Source: Candidatus Uhrbacteria bacterium
Lineage (GTDB): Bacteria; Patescibacteriota; Patescibacteriia; UBA9934
Direction of reading: 5' to 3'
NCBI GenBank assembly: GCA_018673485.1
Contig: JABHCP010000002.1
Location: forward strand, 1,502 to 65,501
DNA: 64,000 nt
The notes beneath the pieces are model-generated. The model worked only from the letters and a program-made list of their open reading frames with translations. It was not told the DNA's origin and made no database searches. This document shows, piece by piece, positions 9,703-18,391 of this stretch (positions are counted from its first letter, which is position 1; each line of letters begins with the position of its first letter). The translations under genes were made by a program, and so were the position numbers.

Positions 9703-10161
9703 ATGAGGCAGTCTGTGTGCATCGATTGTCGGGCATGTCCTGACAAGGTTGAGCCGGTTCAACTGGGGCCAAACGATCATGAGAACATGCGCAACTGGAG
9801 TGAGGAGGAGCGCCAGGTTCTGTGCAGAGACAGTGCCGTTGTCATTGAGGGTGAGTCGGTACCAGAGAGCTCCATCGATACTGTGTGGGAGGTACTGCAG
9901 GCTGGGAGGGGATTTACGGTGATCGACAAAGGCGGACGGCGTCATGAATTTCCCCAGGAAGAAGGTATTAGCGAGCTGGAGTTCAGAGATCGCCACTGTG
10001 ATGGCTTGCGCATCTACATTTTCGTGCAGACATCGGAAAAGACAGCCACCATTTCACGCAGAGAATGGCCCAGTCGAGATTTGGCAAACGTAAATTGCAT
10101 CTCAAAGGCTGTAGAGAATGGACAGAGGCGTGGTAGGGCCCCAGTCTTGTTTCGCACGTAA
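9703..10161 (+). CDS. Hypothetical protein (cassette cargo)
   Basis: AAGGAG SD before ATG 9703; GC-richer codons; 3' hairpin near 10207-10230. Confidence 0.6.
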   Translation: MRQSVCIDCRACPDKVEPVQLGPNDHENMRNWSEEERQVLCRDSAVVIEGESVPESSIDTVWEVLQAGRGFTVIDKGGRRHEFPQEEGISELEFRDRHCDGLRIYIFVQTSEKTATISRREWPSRDLANVNCISKAVENGQRRGRAPVLFRT

Positions 10162-10410
10162 TGTGCACTTGTTTAAGAGTCGAGCTTTCGCGCTCCTCTT
10201 GCGTCCACCCCATGCCAAACGCGGTATGGGGTGTTGTTGTTTGTGGAAAAAAGGGATTGAAGAGGTCGATGGCATTGAGGGGATTTAAAAACCACCCATC
10301 CCGACGATAGGAGGGATCCCGTGCGCAGCCGATTAAACGTTGGGCTATCTACGGGATTCCTCACTCCGTTCGGAATGGGTGGTTTATTTTTTTTGAACTG
10401 CCTACTGCTC

Positions 10411-11382
10411 CTATCGTTTTTTCTTAATCACTCTCTGCGCTGCCTTTACTATCCATGGGGCGGTGAGTTTGTAGTGTTCTAGGAGTTCTTGTGGCGTTCC
10501 TGATTGTCCGAATTCGTCTTGGAGTCCGATGCGCTCAATTGGAACAGGGAATTCTTCGCTTAATAATTCGGCTACAGCTGAGCCCATACCTCCAGCGGCT
10601 TGAGCTTCTTCCGCCGTGACCACACACCCACATTCTTTTGCAGCTGCGAGGATTGTTTTCTCGTCCATTGGTTTTACGCTGGCATTATTAATGACCTGTG
10701 TTTTGATTCCGAGCTTTGATAATTGATCTGCCGCGAGCATGCATTCATATAATATTGGTCCGCAGCCAATGAGCGCCACGTCCGATCCCTTTAATAGTAC
10801 TTGAGCTTTTCCGATTTCAAACTTTGCCGATGGTGTAGTGAAGACTGGACTCTTTGCGCGAGCGAATCGGAGATATACGGGTCCTTTTTTCTTGGCAGCT
10901 GCGATCGTGGCCTTATGAGTTTCATTCGCGTCACATGGAACTAGCACTGTCATCTCGGGTAACACTCGCATCAAGGCGATGTCTTCAGTCATTTGATGCG
11001 TTGCGCCATCTGGTCCAACGGAAACTCCAGCATGTGCACCTGCAATTTTTAAATTCATCTTCTGCAAACATCCTGTGGTTCTAATTTGTTCCCAGTTTCG
11101 TCCAGGTGAGAACGCCGCGTAGCTTGAGATGAAGGCTGTCTTGCCAGCTAGTGCCATTCCAGCGCCAATTGCAGCCAGTGATTGTTCGCTAACTCCCATT
11201 TGCACAAATCGATCAGGATATGCGTCTTTAAAAGCCTGAACTCGCGTTGAGTCTGTTAGGTCAGCCGAAAGAACGTAGACGTTCTTGTTTGTTTTTCCAA
11301 GTTCAACCAAAGCGTCGCCGTATCCATTGCGGGTAGGGACGTGCTTGAGTGTATTTTTATTTTTCCAGCTGCGAATCAGCAT
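10411..11382 (-). CDS. Transketolase, C-terminal (pyrimidine-binding) subunit
   Basis: ADLTDST, GVSEQ, GPDGATHQ, GPVYLR. Confidence 0.93.
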   Translation of the reverse strand: MLIRSWKNKNTLKHVPTRNGYGDALVELGKTNKNVYVLSADLTDSTRVQAFKDAYPDRFVQMGVSEQSLAAIGAGMALAGKTAFISSYAAFSPGRNWEQIRTTGCLQKMNLKIAGAHAGVSVGPDGATHQMTEDIALMRVLPEMTVLVPCDANETHKATIAAAKKKGPVYLRFARAKSPVFTTPSAKFEIGKAQVLLKGSDVALIGCGPILYECMLAADQLSKLGIKTQVINNASVKPMDEKTILAAAKECGCVVTAEEAQAAGGMGSAVAELLSEEFPVPIERIGLQDEFGQSGTPQELLEHYKLTAPWIVKAAQRVIKKKR

Positions 11383-11385
11383 AAT

Positions 11386-12294
11386 TTATTTTCGATATTT
11401 TCGGTAAATCCATCGTCCACCAAAGAACAGGATAAGAATTGGAATTATTGCAGCGCCACCGACTATCGCAAGTTCAATGACTCCTAGAACAAGACCTTGA
11501 AATAGGCGGATTACGGTTTGCGCTGAGTCCTTAATGGTTTGCAATGGGCGAAATTCGTCAGAACCCAATGTGATGGACGTTGCCTGTTCCAAGTAAATGC
11601 TGATCGTTGAGTAGCTGGTGGCACCTTGGTAGTGCTCAAGCTGTGCTTCGTAACGTTCGATCTCTTCACGAACATTTGAAAGATAGTATTGAACATTTAA
11701 AATATCCTCAACAGTTGTTGCTTGGTTTAATACTGACACGTACGCTACCTCTTCTGCTTGAGAATTAGAAAGACGTGCTTGAATATCAATAACTTGCTCA
11801 GTTACATCATCTGCGTTTACATTTTCTGATGTCACTGATTGAGCGATGTCCTTAATCGAATTCATAGCCGAATCGAATTGAGATTCCTCGACTTTCAGCT
11901 CAATGTCACCATAGGTGTAATCACCGCGTGAATAAATGTATCGATTTGTAACCGTTCCATTGTATTGAGTAGCGATTGCTGATAGTTGATCTGCGGCTGT
12001 ATTAATATCCTCTACTATCAACTCAACGTCACCGGTTTTGATTACGTATTGTTCCTCCTCAGCGATATCATATGCATCTTCGTCGTAATACATATCATCT
12101 GATTCAAAATCACCATATGATCCAAGGTCATCAAACGATCTAGAAACCTGTGATAGGGCGGAGCTTTCTACTGTGAATGTTCCAGTTGAGTCATTAGCGA
12201 TATCTACGGAGTTAAGTAGAAGGCTGAAGAAAAATAGAATCACTATAATGATCGCAAGAATCGAAAGGCGTTTTTTTGTCATCGATATATTCAT
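11386..12294 (-). CDS. DUF4349 domain membrane protein
   Basis: DVTEQVIDIQARL, coiled coil, YSTISI, C-terminal TM. Confidence 0.85.
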   Translation of the reverse strand: MNISMTKKRLSILAIIIVILFFFSLLLNSVDIANDSTGTFTVESSALSQVSRSFDDLGSYGDFESDDMYYDEDAYDIAEEEQYVIKTGDVELIVEDINTAADQLSAIATQYNGTVTNRYIYSRGDYTYGDIELKVEESQFDSAMNSIKDIAQSVTSENVNADDVTEQVIDIQARLSNSQAEEVAYVSVLNQATTVEDILNVQYYLSNVREEIERYEAQLEHYQGATSYSTISIYLEQATSITLGSDEFRPLQTIKDSAQTVIRLFQGLVLGVIELAIVGGAAIIPILILFFGGRWIYRKYRK

Positions 12295-12412
12295 AATTGG
12301 TATTTACTGCGTCATCCCTAGCTACGACCAGGGATCCATCGTTTATCGGATTGAATTTAGTTTACTGTAATGATGGGTTCCTGCTTTCGCAGGAATGACA
12401 AGTTATTTAATA

Positions 12413-13291
12413 TTATTCACCAGCTTTGATTTTGCCATTTAAAGTTCGTAGTGCAGTAAGTGCTCGTTTGAGCTCTGCTTTATCCTTTGGTGGTTTACCG
12501 TGCCATATTGGTTCGAACTCCATGAAGTCAACGCCTTTTCCAGGGGTTGTGTGAGCGATGATCACGCATGGTTGCTCGTAAATTGATTGAGCGTATGCGC
12601 AAGCATCAACTATCTCACGAATGTTGTGCCCATCGACTTCAATCACGTGAAAATTAAACGCTTCAAACTTATCAACGAGTGGTTCAAGCGGCATGATATC
12701 CTCTGTGTAGCCGTCTATCTGAATATTATTGCGATCAATAATCCAGGTCATATTGTGTAATGTGTTGCGTCCGGCGAAAAGTGCGGCTTCCCAGGTTATT
12801 CCGGCTTGCAGCTCTCCATCTGACATAACGCAATACGTATGCCATGGTAGTTTTTCTTGTTTTGCAATGTAGGCGAGTCCTGCGGCCTGCGGTGATCCGT
12901 CACCGAGTGGTCCGGATGTACTTTCAAGACCAGGTAGGTGGGTCATTTCCGGGTGACCTTGCAGGCGTGAGCCAAATTGACGCAGAGTCGCGAGCTCACT
13001 CTTAGGAAAGTACCCGGCGTGCGCCATTGCTGTGTATCGGATTGGTACAGTATGCCCGCATGAAAGAATGAGCCGATCACGGTCTTTCATGTTTGGCTTT
13101 TTAGGGTTATGCACCAGGACGTGAAAATAAAGTGCTGTAAAAATATCAGCAAGTCCAAGGGGGCCAGCTGAATGTCCACTGCCAGCTGCCTCGAGCATTG
13201 TTAAAAGATCAACGCGAATGTCTCGCGCTCTTTTTTCAAGTGCGAAGAGTTTCTTTTCTGATAGTTGTTTAATGTCACGTACTGGGGGCAT
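12413..13291 (-). CDS. Transketolase, N-terminal (TPP-binding) subunit
   Basis: SGH, RDRLILSCGH, LQGHP, SDGELQ...DRN. Confidence 0.94.
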   Translation of the reverse strand: MPPVRDIKQLSEKKLFALEKRARDIRVDLLTMLEAAGSGHSAGPLGLADIFTALYFHVLVHNPKKPNMKDRDRLILSCGHTVPIRYTAMAHAGYFPKSELATLRQFGSRLQGHPEMTHLPGLESTSGPLGDGSPQAAGLAYIAKQEKLPWHTYCVMSDGELQAGITWEAALFAGRNTLHNMTWIIDRNNIQIDGYTEDIMPLEPLVDKFEAFNFHVIEVDGHNIREIVDACAYAQSIYEQPCVIIAHTTPGKGVDFMEFEPIWHGKPPKDKAELKRALTALRTLNGKIKAGE

Positions 13292-13493
13292 AGGGTAGTA
13301 GCTGAAAGTATAAAGTTGAAAGTATCCTTTTTTGTCATCCTGAACAAAGTGAAGGATCTACTCATCGAGCTCAGCTCGACTCAAGAAGATTTCTCTCTAC
13401 GTTCGAAATGGGAAATTAATTTTCATCTCAACGCATCGGAGAGGTCCTCTCAATCTAGTTGATCCTTCGCGGAGCCTCAGGATGATAATTTAT

Positions 13494-13904
13494 TTACTCC
13501 TCGAATTTGATTTGCAACAGTGCAAACGTGGCTACAAAGACACCACTAACAAAATGTGACCAGGCGAAGCCATTGAGGTCAAAGTCTACTGCAAAAGGTG
13601 CCACAGCTATCCATACACCAAGCACAAGTTGTAAGTAGTGCATTGACTTTAATCCAGGATTCTTCTTAGAAAGCTGTTCAAGTGTTGCTGCAATTAGTGC
13701 AAGAGCACAGATGCCAAGCCCCAGGAACAGATCATCCCATTTTAGTAGATCGATGATGTTAACTTGCGCGAAGACCGATTCACCTAAAACGAGCTGCAAA
13801 ATATCATCTCCGATAAACGGAACCAGGATTATCCAGAGTGCAATAACAAATACTATCCAGTGCAATACGCGCATGTTGTGATGATCTGATCGCAAGAGTT
13901 TCAT
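13494..13904 (-). CDS. SPW-repeat-like membrane protein
   Basis: Two repeats of W-x4-PF hydrophobic hairpins. Confidence 0.6.
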   Translation of the reverse strand: MKLLRSDHHNMRVLHWIVFVIALWIILVPFIGDDILQLVLGESVFAQVNIIDLLKWDDLFLGLGICALALIAATLEQLSKKNPGLKSMHYLQLVLGVWIAVAPFAVDFDLNGFAWSHFVSGVFVATFALLQIKFEE

Positions 13905-14012
13905 ATGTGTTTATTATATCGCAGGTAGTAGGAAGTAGGAAGTAGAAAATAGAACACAAAAAGTCTCGATCGCTCGAGACTTTTTACTTTAACTATAAAC
14001 TTTGACCTTTAT

Positions 14013-14843
14013 CTATTCAGTACAATCGTCAGCATCGTCTCCGACGTAGATTGCTCCAGAGTTTGCACTGTCGTATCCGTCGTAGAAGCTGAATGTTCCG
14101 TCTTCATCAAATGTTTCAATGTATTCAACTGCCGCTGCCATTGTTCCACTTCCCCATGTTAGGTTGTCTGCTGTGACTGAGTGATTATCACTGTCATTGT
14201 TGATGAATCGTACACCTTGCCCTACTTCTATTCCAGCGCAGATTGGATCAAATCCATCTGAGTCTATTACGATCTCTGCAGGAGCTAGCAGTCCTTTATC
14301 ATCTCCAATGTTTAGTGCGCTCGCTTCTTCTTCATCTGCGTCATAGTCGCCGATTTCAGCAATAGCGTCACCTACTGTGTAGTTTGAGAAAAATCCGTCT
14401 GGTACATCATCAATCATTGTGTTCCAAGAAGATCCATACATATCAATAGCCACTTCCTCAGTTGTAACGTGTCGTAGCGTTCCGCCAGCTGCGATTGCGT
14501 ATGTTCTATGGTCAGATGTAACCTTTACCATCTTTACGCCTGGTTTATATGTTACATTCGCACCAATTTGGATTTTAGCTAGGTCAGAGTCCGAGATCCA
14601 TTCAACTGATTCAAAGTCGCTGTACCAAGTGAAGTATGTTTTGTCATTTGGGAACACGTAGCGTAGCCCGTCTGCCCCTATGTAATAAACAGCAGTGAAA
14701 GTTTCTCCTCGAACTAGGTCGCCGGCCTCAATGTCATCGTAGCTAGTAAGAGCTTGTGCTTGTTGGATGCCAAAGAAGGCACCAAAGGCCATTAGAATCG
14801 CCACAAGAGCGATAGCGGATCGTTTGATCGTTGAAGTATTCAT
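14013..14843 (-). CDS. Secreted protein with C-terminal cupredoxin-like domain
   Basis: Signal peptide; VRFINNDSDNHSVT...FDEDGTFSFYD pattern; copper Cys/His/Met ligands not complete. Confidence 0.65.
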   Translation of the reverse strand: MNTSTIKRSAIALVAILMAFGAFFGIQQAQALTSYDDIEAGDLVRGETFTAVYYIGADGLRYVFPNDKTYFTWYSDFESVEWISDSDLAKIQIGANVTYKPGVKMVKVTSDHRTYAIAAGGTLRHVTTEEVAIDMYGSSWNTMIDDVPDGFFSNYTVGDAIAEIGDYDADEEEASALNIGDDKGLLAPAEIVIDSDGFDPICAGIEVGQGVRFINNDSDNHSVTADNLTWGSGTMAAAVEYIETFDEDGTFSFYDGYDSANSGAIYVGDDADDCTE

Positions 14844-14894
14844 AATAAAATGAGTGTTTAATTCCTGATTATTCTAACATGTATTATTTGATTC

Positions 14895-15995
14895 TCAAAC
14901 ATCATAAGTGGACAGACTGTTGAGGGCCTTTGCTGGATCTTTTGCTTTCCAAATGACCGAAGATACGCAAAGCTGTTGGGCCCCAGCGTTAATTATGCTC
15001 TGTACTGAGTCTTGATTGATGCCACCGTCAACGGAAATCGGGATATTTGGGTATTTCTTTGTTACTTTTTTGATTTTCTTGAGGATTTTTTTACCTAGAA
15101 ATGATTGGCCTGATGCACCTGGGTGTACGCCCATTATTAAAATCGTATCGAGTAAATGCACGAGTGGCTTTATGATCTTGATCGGAGTTTCGGGATTAAG
15201 AGCCAGGCCTACATCGAGTCCTAGATTTTTTGCATAAGCAAGAATTGGTTTCAATGGTTTGTCGATCTCCGCATGGATTATCACGCGCCTGAGTGTTGGA
15301 ATGTTGAATTTCCATTCCTCGATTATTGGTAGGGGATCGAGGGCCATGAGGTGAAGCTCAATCTCGGGCAGATCTTTGATTTTTGATATTTGTTTGGCGT
15401 CAAAGAAAGAACGGGACTCAAACATCGAGTCGTCAAGTACATCGATTTGCCAGATTGAAGCTAGTTTACGAACTCCCGAGTTGAGAATTCGTTTTTTGAA
15501 TAGATCAAAATTTTGTACAAGGATCGCAGGCACTATCTCGACTTGTTTATTTTCAAATTGAGCGACCTGTGCCAGGCGACGCTTGTGACGTGCAGCTTGT
15601 TTGAAAGGAGTCTTTATAAATGTTTGCGCAATTTCGATTGGGTCGTCGATTGTTTCAATGCGTCCTGGAATGCAGATGATGTTTGCGTTGTCATCTTGCC
15701 GCATTGTGCGGGCTGCCTCGTTGGAGAATCCTAGACCGGCACGTACGTCATCAAATTTGTTGGCTGCAATGCAAACTCCCTCGGCATTTCCGCATGACAG
15801 AATTCCAAGCGCTCCTTTGTGGTTTGTGACGGCTCGAGCCACGTCGGCTGCATATTGTGGGTAATCATCTTTTGGATCCAGTTCATGAGCGCCAAGGTCT
15901 TCTACGTGGTGACCGTGCGTTTCGAGCTTTGCCTTGAGCGATTCCTTCATGATAAATCCTGCATGATCTGCTCCAATGTAAATAGTTTGTTTCAT
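14895..15995 (-). CDS. rpiB-rpe: Fused ribose-5-phosphate isomerase B / ribulose-phosphate 3-epimerase
   Basis: N-half GADHAG, DDYP, CGNAEG, ANK; C-half ELHLM, LALNPETP, MGVHPGASGQ, VDGGI. Confidence 0.88.
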   Translation of the reverse strand: MKQTIYIGADHAGFIMKESLKAKLETHGHHVEDLGAHELDPKDDYPQYAADVARAVTNHKGALGILSCGNAEGVCIAANKFDDVRAGLGFSNEAARTMRQDDNANIICIPGRIETIDDPIEIAQTFIKTPFKQAARHKRRLAQVAQFENKQVEIVPAILVQNFDLFKKRILNSGVRKLASIWQIDVLDDSMFESRSFFDAKQISKIKDLPEIELHLMALDPLPIIEEWKFNIPTLRRVIIHAEIDKPLKPILAYAKNLGLDVGLALNPETPIKIIKPLVHLLDTILIMGVHPGASGQSFLGKKILKKIKKVTKKYPNIPISVDGGINQDSVQSIINAGAQQLCVSSVIWKAKDPAKALNSLSTYDV

Positions 15996-16005
15996 ATAGT
16001 CTTGT

Positions 16006-16506
16006 CTACCAATCAGTTACAGAACCTCGTTGTTTTTTTAATCGTCCCACCGTTTTTTTGTTTTTCAACCGTTTTTCTTTAGTGCTGCGTGATGGCTTTG
16101 TTACTTTTCGTACTTTTTGTATTTTTAGTGCCTCGCTAAGATATTCGTGCAGAATTTTCATCACGTCTCTTTTATTACTCGCGAGAGATTTGTTCCTTGT
16201 TGAAGTAATATAGATTTCGCCCTCACCTACAAATTGACTAGGTTTATTTTTCTGCATCCAATTCGTGACGCGTTCTTTTTCAGCGTCATTGAGTATTGTG
16301 GAGTCAGCAGGAGTCCAGCGAAACTCCGCAGTCTTTGCAGTTTTGTTTACATTTTGCCCACCAGGCCCAGCTGATGACTTTGTGACACTTATGGTTCCTT
16401 CTTGCCGGATAGCTTGCATGTCAGCTTTTGAAACTGATTCGCGTATTGTTTTCGGATTAGTACGTTCCAGTTGATCTATCCGTGAGTCTGTTTCTCTATT
16501 AATCAT
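16006..16506 (-). CDS. arfB: Alternative ribosome-rescue peptidyl-tRNA hydrolase
   Basis: GPGGQNVNK motif; basic C-terminal tail KVTKPSRSTKEKRL. Confidence 0.88.
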   Translation of the reverse strand: MINRETDSRIDQLERTNPKTIRESVSKADMQAIRQEGTISVTKSSAGPGGQNVNKTAKTAEFRWTPADSTILNDAEKERVTNWMQKNKPSQFVGEGEIYITSTRNKSLASNKRDVMKILHEYLSEALKIQKVRKVTKPSRSTKEKRLKNKKTVGRLKKQRGSVTDW

Positions 16507-16626
16507 ATAGATTTGTTCATTCTCATTCTACCATTTTTGTGTTTTTTTACTGAAAGCGTAAACCCTACACCAGTCGGTGTAGGGCGCGGCCCTGCGAGTT
16601 GTACGAGGGGAGGGCGAGAGATGGGA

Positions 16627-17058
16627 TCATTGGATCATGGTGGGGTCGAGTTCTGCGCCTTCGGGCCACATGGCCTCGGGTGGCAGGTCGGTCAGGCCGA
16701 ACTTGTCAGGATCGCCGAAGAAGATGGAGAATTTGATCTGCAGATCGCCGTTGCGTACAGTGAGGTCATGCATCCCTTCCGATGGTCGTAGTGAGCGCAT
16801 CTGGTTGTCATGCAAAGGGATGCCCATGTGCGTGAGGGTTCGATCGCAGAGATCGTTTGGCGTGCTGAGCGTCCCAGCGACATTTCCACAGATCAAGCCG
16901 ATGGTGATCTCGACTGGGCCCATCACACGTTCGATGAAGTCGGGGTGGACACCGTTGATCGTCATCTTGTTGTTGAGCCTGATGATGGATGGGTCGCGTT
17001 CATCTACGTCGTAGTACACACGGTGACCACGATATTGAATGAGCAGTGCGTTTGCCAT
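16627..17058 (-). CDS. Hypothetical protein, paralog 1 of tandem cassette triplet
   Basis: GGAG SD, own TTGACG promoter, 3' hairpin 16563-16584; shares motifs with next two ORFs. Confidence 0.7.
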   Translation of the reverse strand: MANALLIQYRGHRVYYDVDERDPSIIRLNNKMTINGVHPDFIERVMGPVEITIGLICGNVAGTLSTPNDLCDRTLTHMGIPLHDNQMRSLRPSEGMHDLTVRNGDLQIKFSIFFGDPDKFGLTDLPPEAMWPEGAELDPTMIQ

Positions 17059-17185
17059 GCGGGTCTCCGAGGTGGGGGTTGAGGACTATATTGACGTTAG
17101 CAATGATGATGATTCGCGTCAATAAAGTGTAAGCCCCGCAGCCGACTGTGTCGGCGCGGGGTAGTGAGGTGGTCGTGAAGCGCAT

Positions 17186-17554
17186 CTAGCGACCGAACTG
17201 GATCAGGGTCGGTGGTGCTCCAGTTGCGCTGACGTAGTAGTGAAGGACGAGTTCGTGATCTTCACGAATCAACCGAAGCTCATGCACACCACTACTTGGG
17301 TAGGTTGTGGCCTGTGTGGTGCGGCTTCCATTGAAGAAGGCGCGGATGTCGCCACGGATAGCGAATACGATTCGCTCCGCTTGCGGTGTCACGATGATCC
17401 ACGTATTGCCCATCAGCGCGCTCACGAAGTCTGCTTGGGCGCCGCGCACATCCATATGGCTATCAAAGACCATTTCATCGTCTTCGTAGCGAGGGTTGAT
17501 GGGATAGAAGAGCCCATCGAGGACTCGTCCTAACATGAAGATGGGGAGTGCCAT
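17186..17554 (-). CDS. Hypothetical protein, paralog 2 of tandem cassette triplet
   Basis: AAGGAG SD, TTGACA-17-TACTCT, 3' hairpin. Confidence 0.7.
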   Translation of the reverse strand: MALPIFMLGRVLDGLFYPINPRYEDDEMVFDSHMDVRGAQADFVSALMGNTWIIVTPQAERIVFAIRGDIRAFFNGSRTTQATTYPSSGVHELRLIREDHELVLHYYVSATGAPPTLIQFGR

Positions 17555-17694
17555 GTTGTCTCTCCTTGCCTTTTGGCGTTGAGGTTGGCTAAATAGAGTA
17601 GTACTTTTTTACAAATATGTCAACCCAACCTGAAAGCAGTGAGCCCCGCAGCCGATCGTATCGGTGCGGGGCAGGGCGAGCTCACGAGGGCGCG

Positions 17695-18129
17695 TTAGGC
17701 GCCGAGGCGTGGAGGTTTGTTGGGGGTGGGTCTGGTCAGTCGTGGTGTCACGGGTTCCAGGTTGTAGCCGCGCAGGCCGTAGTTGTACTCGAGGCAGAGC
17801 TCAACCTCCTGGTCACCACGGATGATCTTGAGGCGGTGTTGCGAGTGGTCTGGCCCCAAGACGATGCCAGTGCACCACCGGCCATGGACCCTCACTTCAA
17901 TCTCGTTGACACGCAGAGTGCCCGCGATCGCCAGTCGGAAGCTATCATCTTGTTGATCTGGGATGAGCCGGATGACCAGGTCGCCTAGGACATCTTGGAT
18001 CTTGCGAATCGGGATCATGTGGATACTCATCCGCTTGTCGATGACGAAGTGGCCATCATCTTTGTTTCGTTGCAGGCGAGCCTTGCTGTGTCCGCTTCGG
18101 ACTACGAGTAGTGGTTTTGCGTAACTCAT
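17695..18129 (-). CDS. Hypothetical protein, paralog 3 of tandem cassette triplet
   Basis: TTGACC-17-TACCTT promoter; 3' hairpin similar to that of paralog 2. Confidence 0.7.
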   Translation of the reverse strand: MSYAKPLLVVRSGHSKARLQRNKDDGHFVIDKRMSIHMIPIRKIQDVLGDLVIRLIPDQQDDSFRLAIAGTLRVNEIEVRVHGRWCTGIVLGPDHSQHRLKIIRGDQEVELCLEYNYGLRGYNLEPVTPRLTRPTPNKPPRLGA

Positions 18130-18242
18130 TCGAACTCTCTTTGCCCATTTAGGGCTGCTGGGGTCGTCAGAAAGGTAACAGTTTCAGCGCCAAAGGTCAA
18201 TCATTATGGTAACTTCGATAATACTGTATCGTCTAGTTAGAT

Positions 18243-18287
18243 ATGAAGTCGCAAATCATTATTAATCAGATTATTATTACGCCCTAA
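18243..18287 (+). CDS. Ile-rich leader peptide MKSQIIINQIIITP
   Basis: 6 of 14 codons are Ile; lies directly upstream of ileS. Confidence 0.8.
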   Translation: MKSQIIINQIIITP

Positions 18288-18290
18288 CAA

Positions 18291-18351
18291 GCGCAGGACT
18301 TTCGATATCATAGATTATAATAAAGAAACCCTGCGCAGAGCAGGGATTTTT
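18291..18351 (+). promoter_or_regulatory. ileS attenuator (antiterminator/terminator)
   Basis: GCGCAGG (18291) complementary to CCTGCGC in terminator CCCTGC-GCAGA-GCAGGG-ATTTTT. Confidence 0.75.
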
Positions 18352-18391
18352 GCTTGATCTAAGCCCGATTCATTGATAATATTACAGCATT

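Noticed and set aside
16552-18200. Classical integron with attC sites
   Set aside because: No consistent RYYYAAC/GTTRRRY cores, no integrase, and each gene has its own promoter
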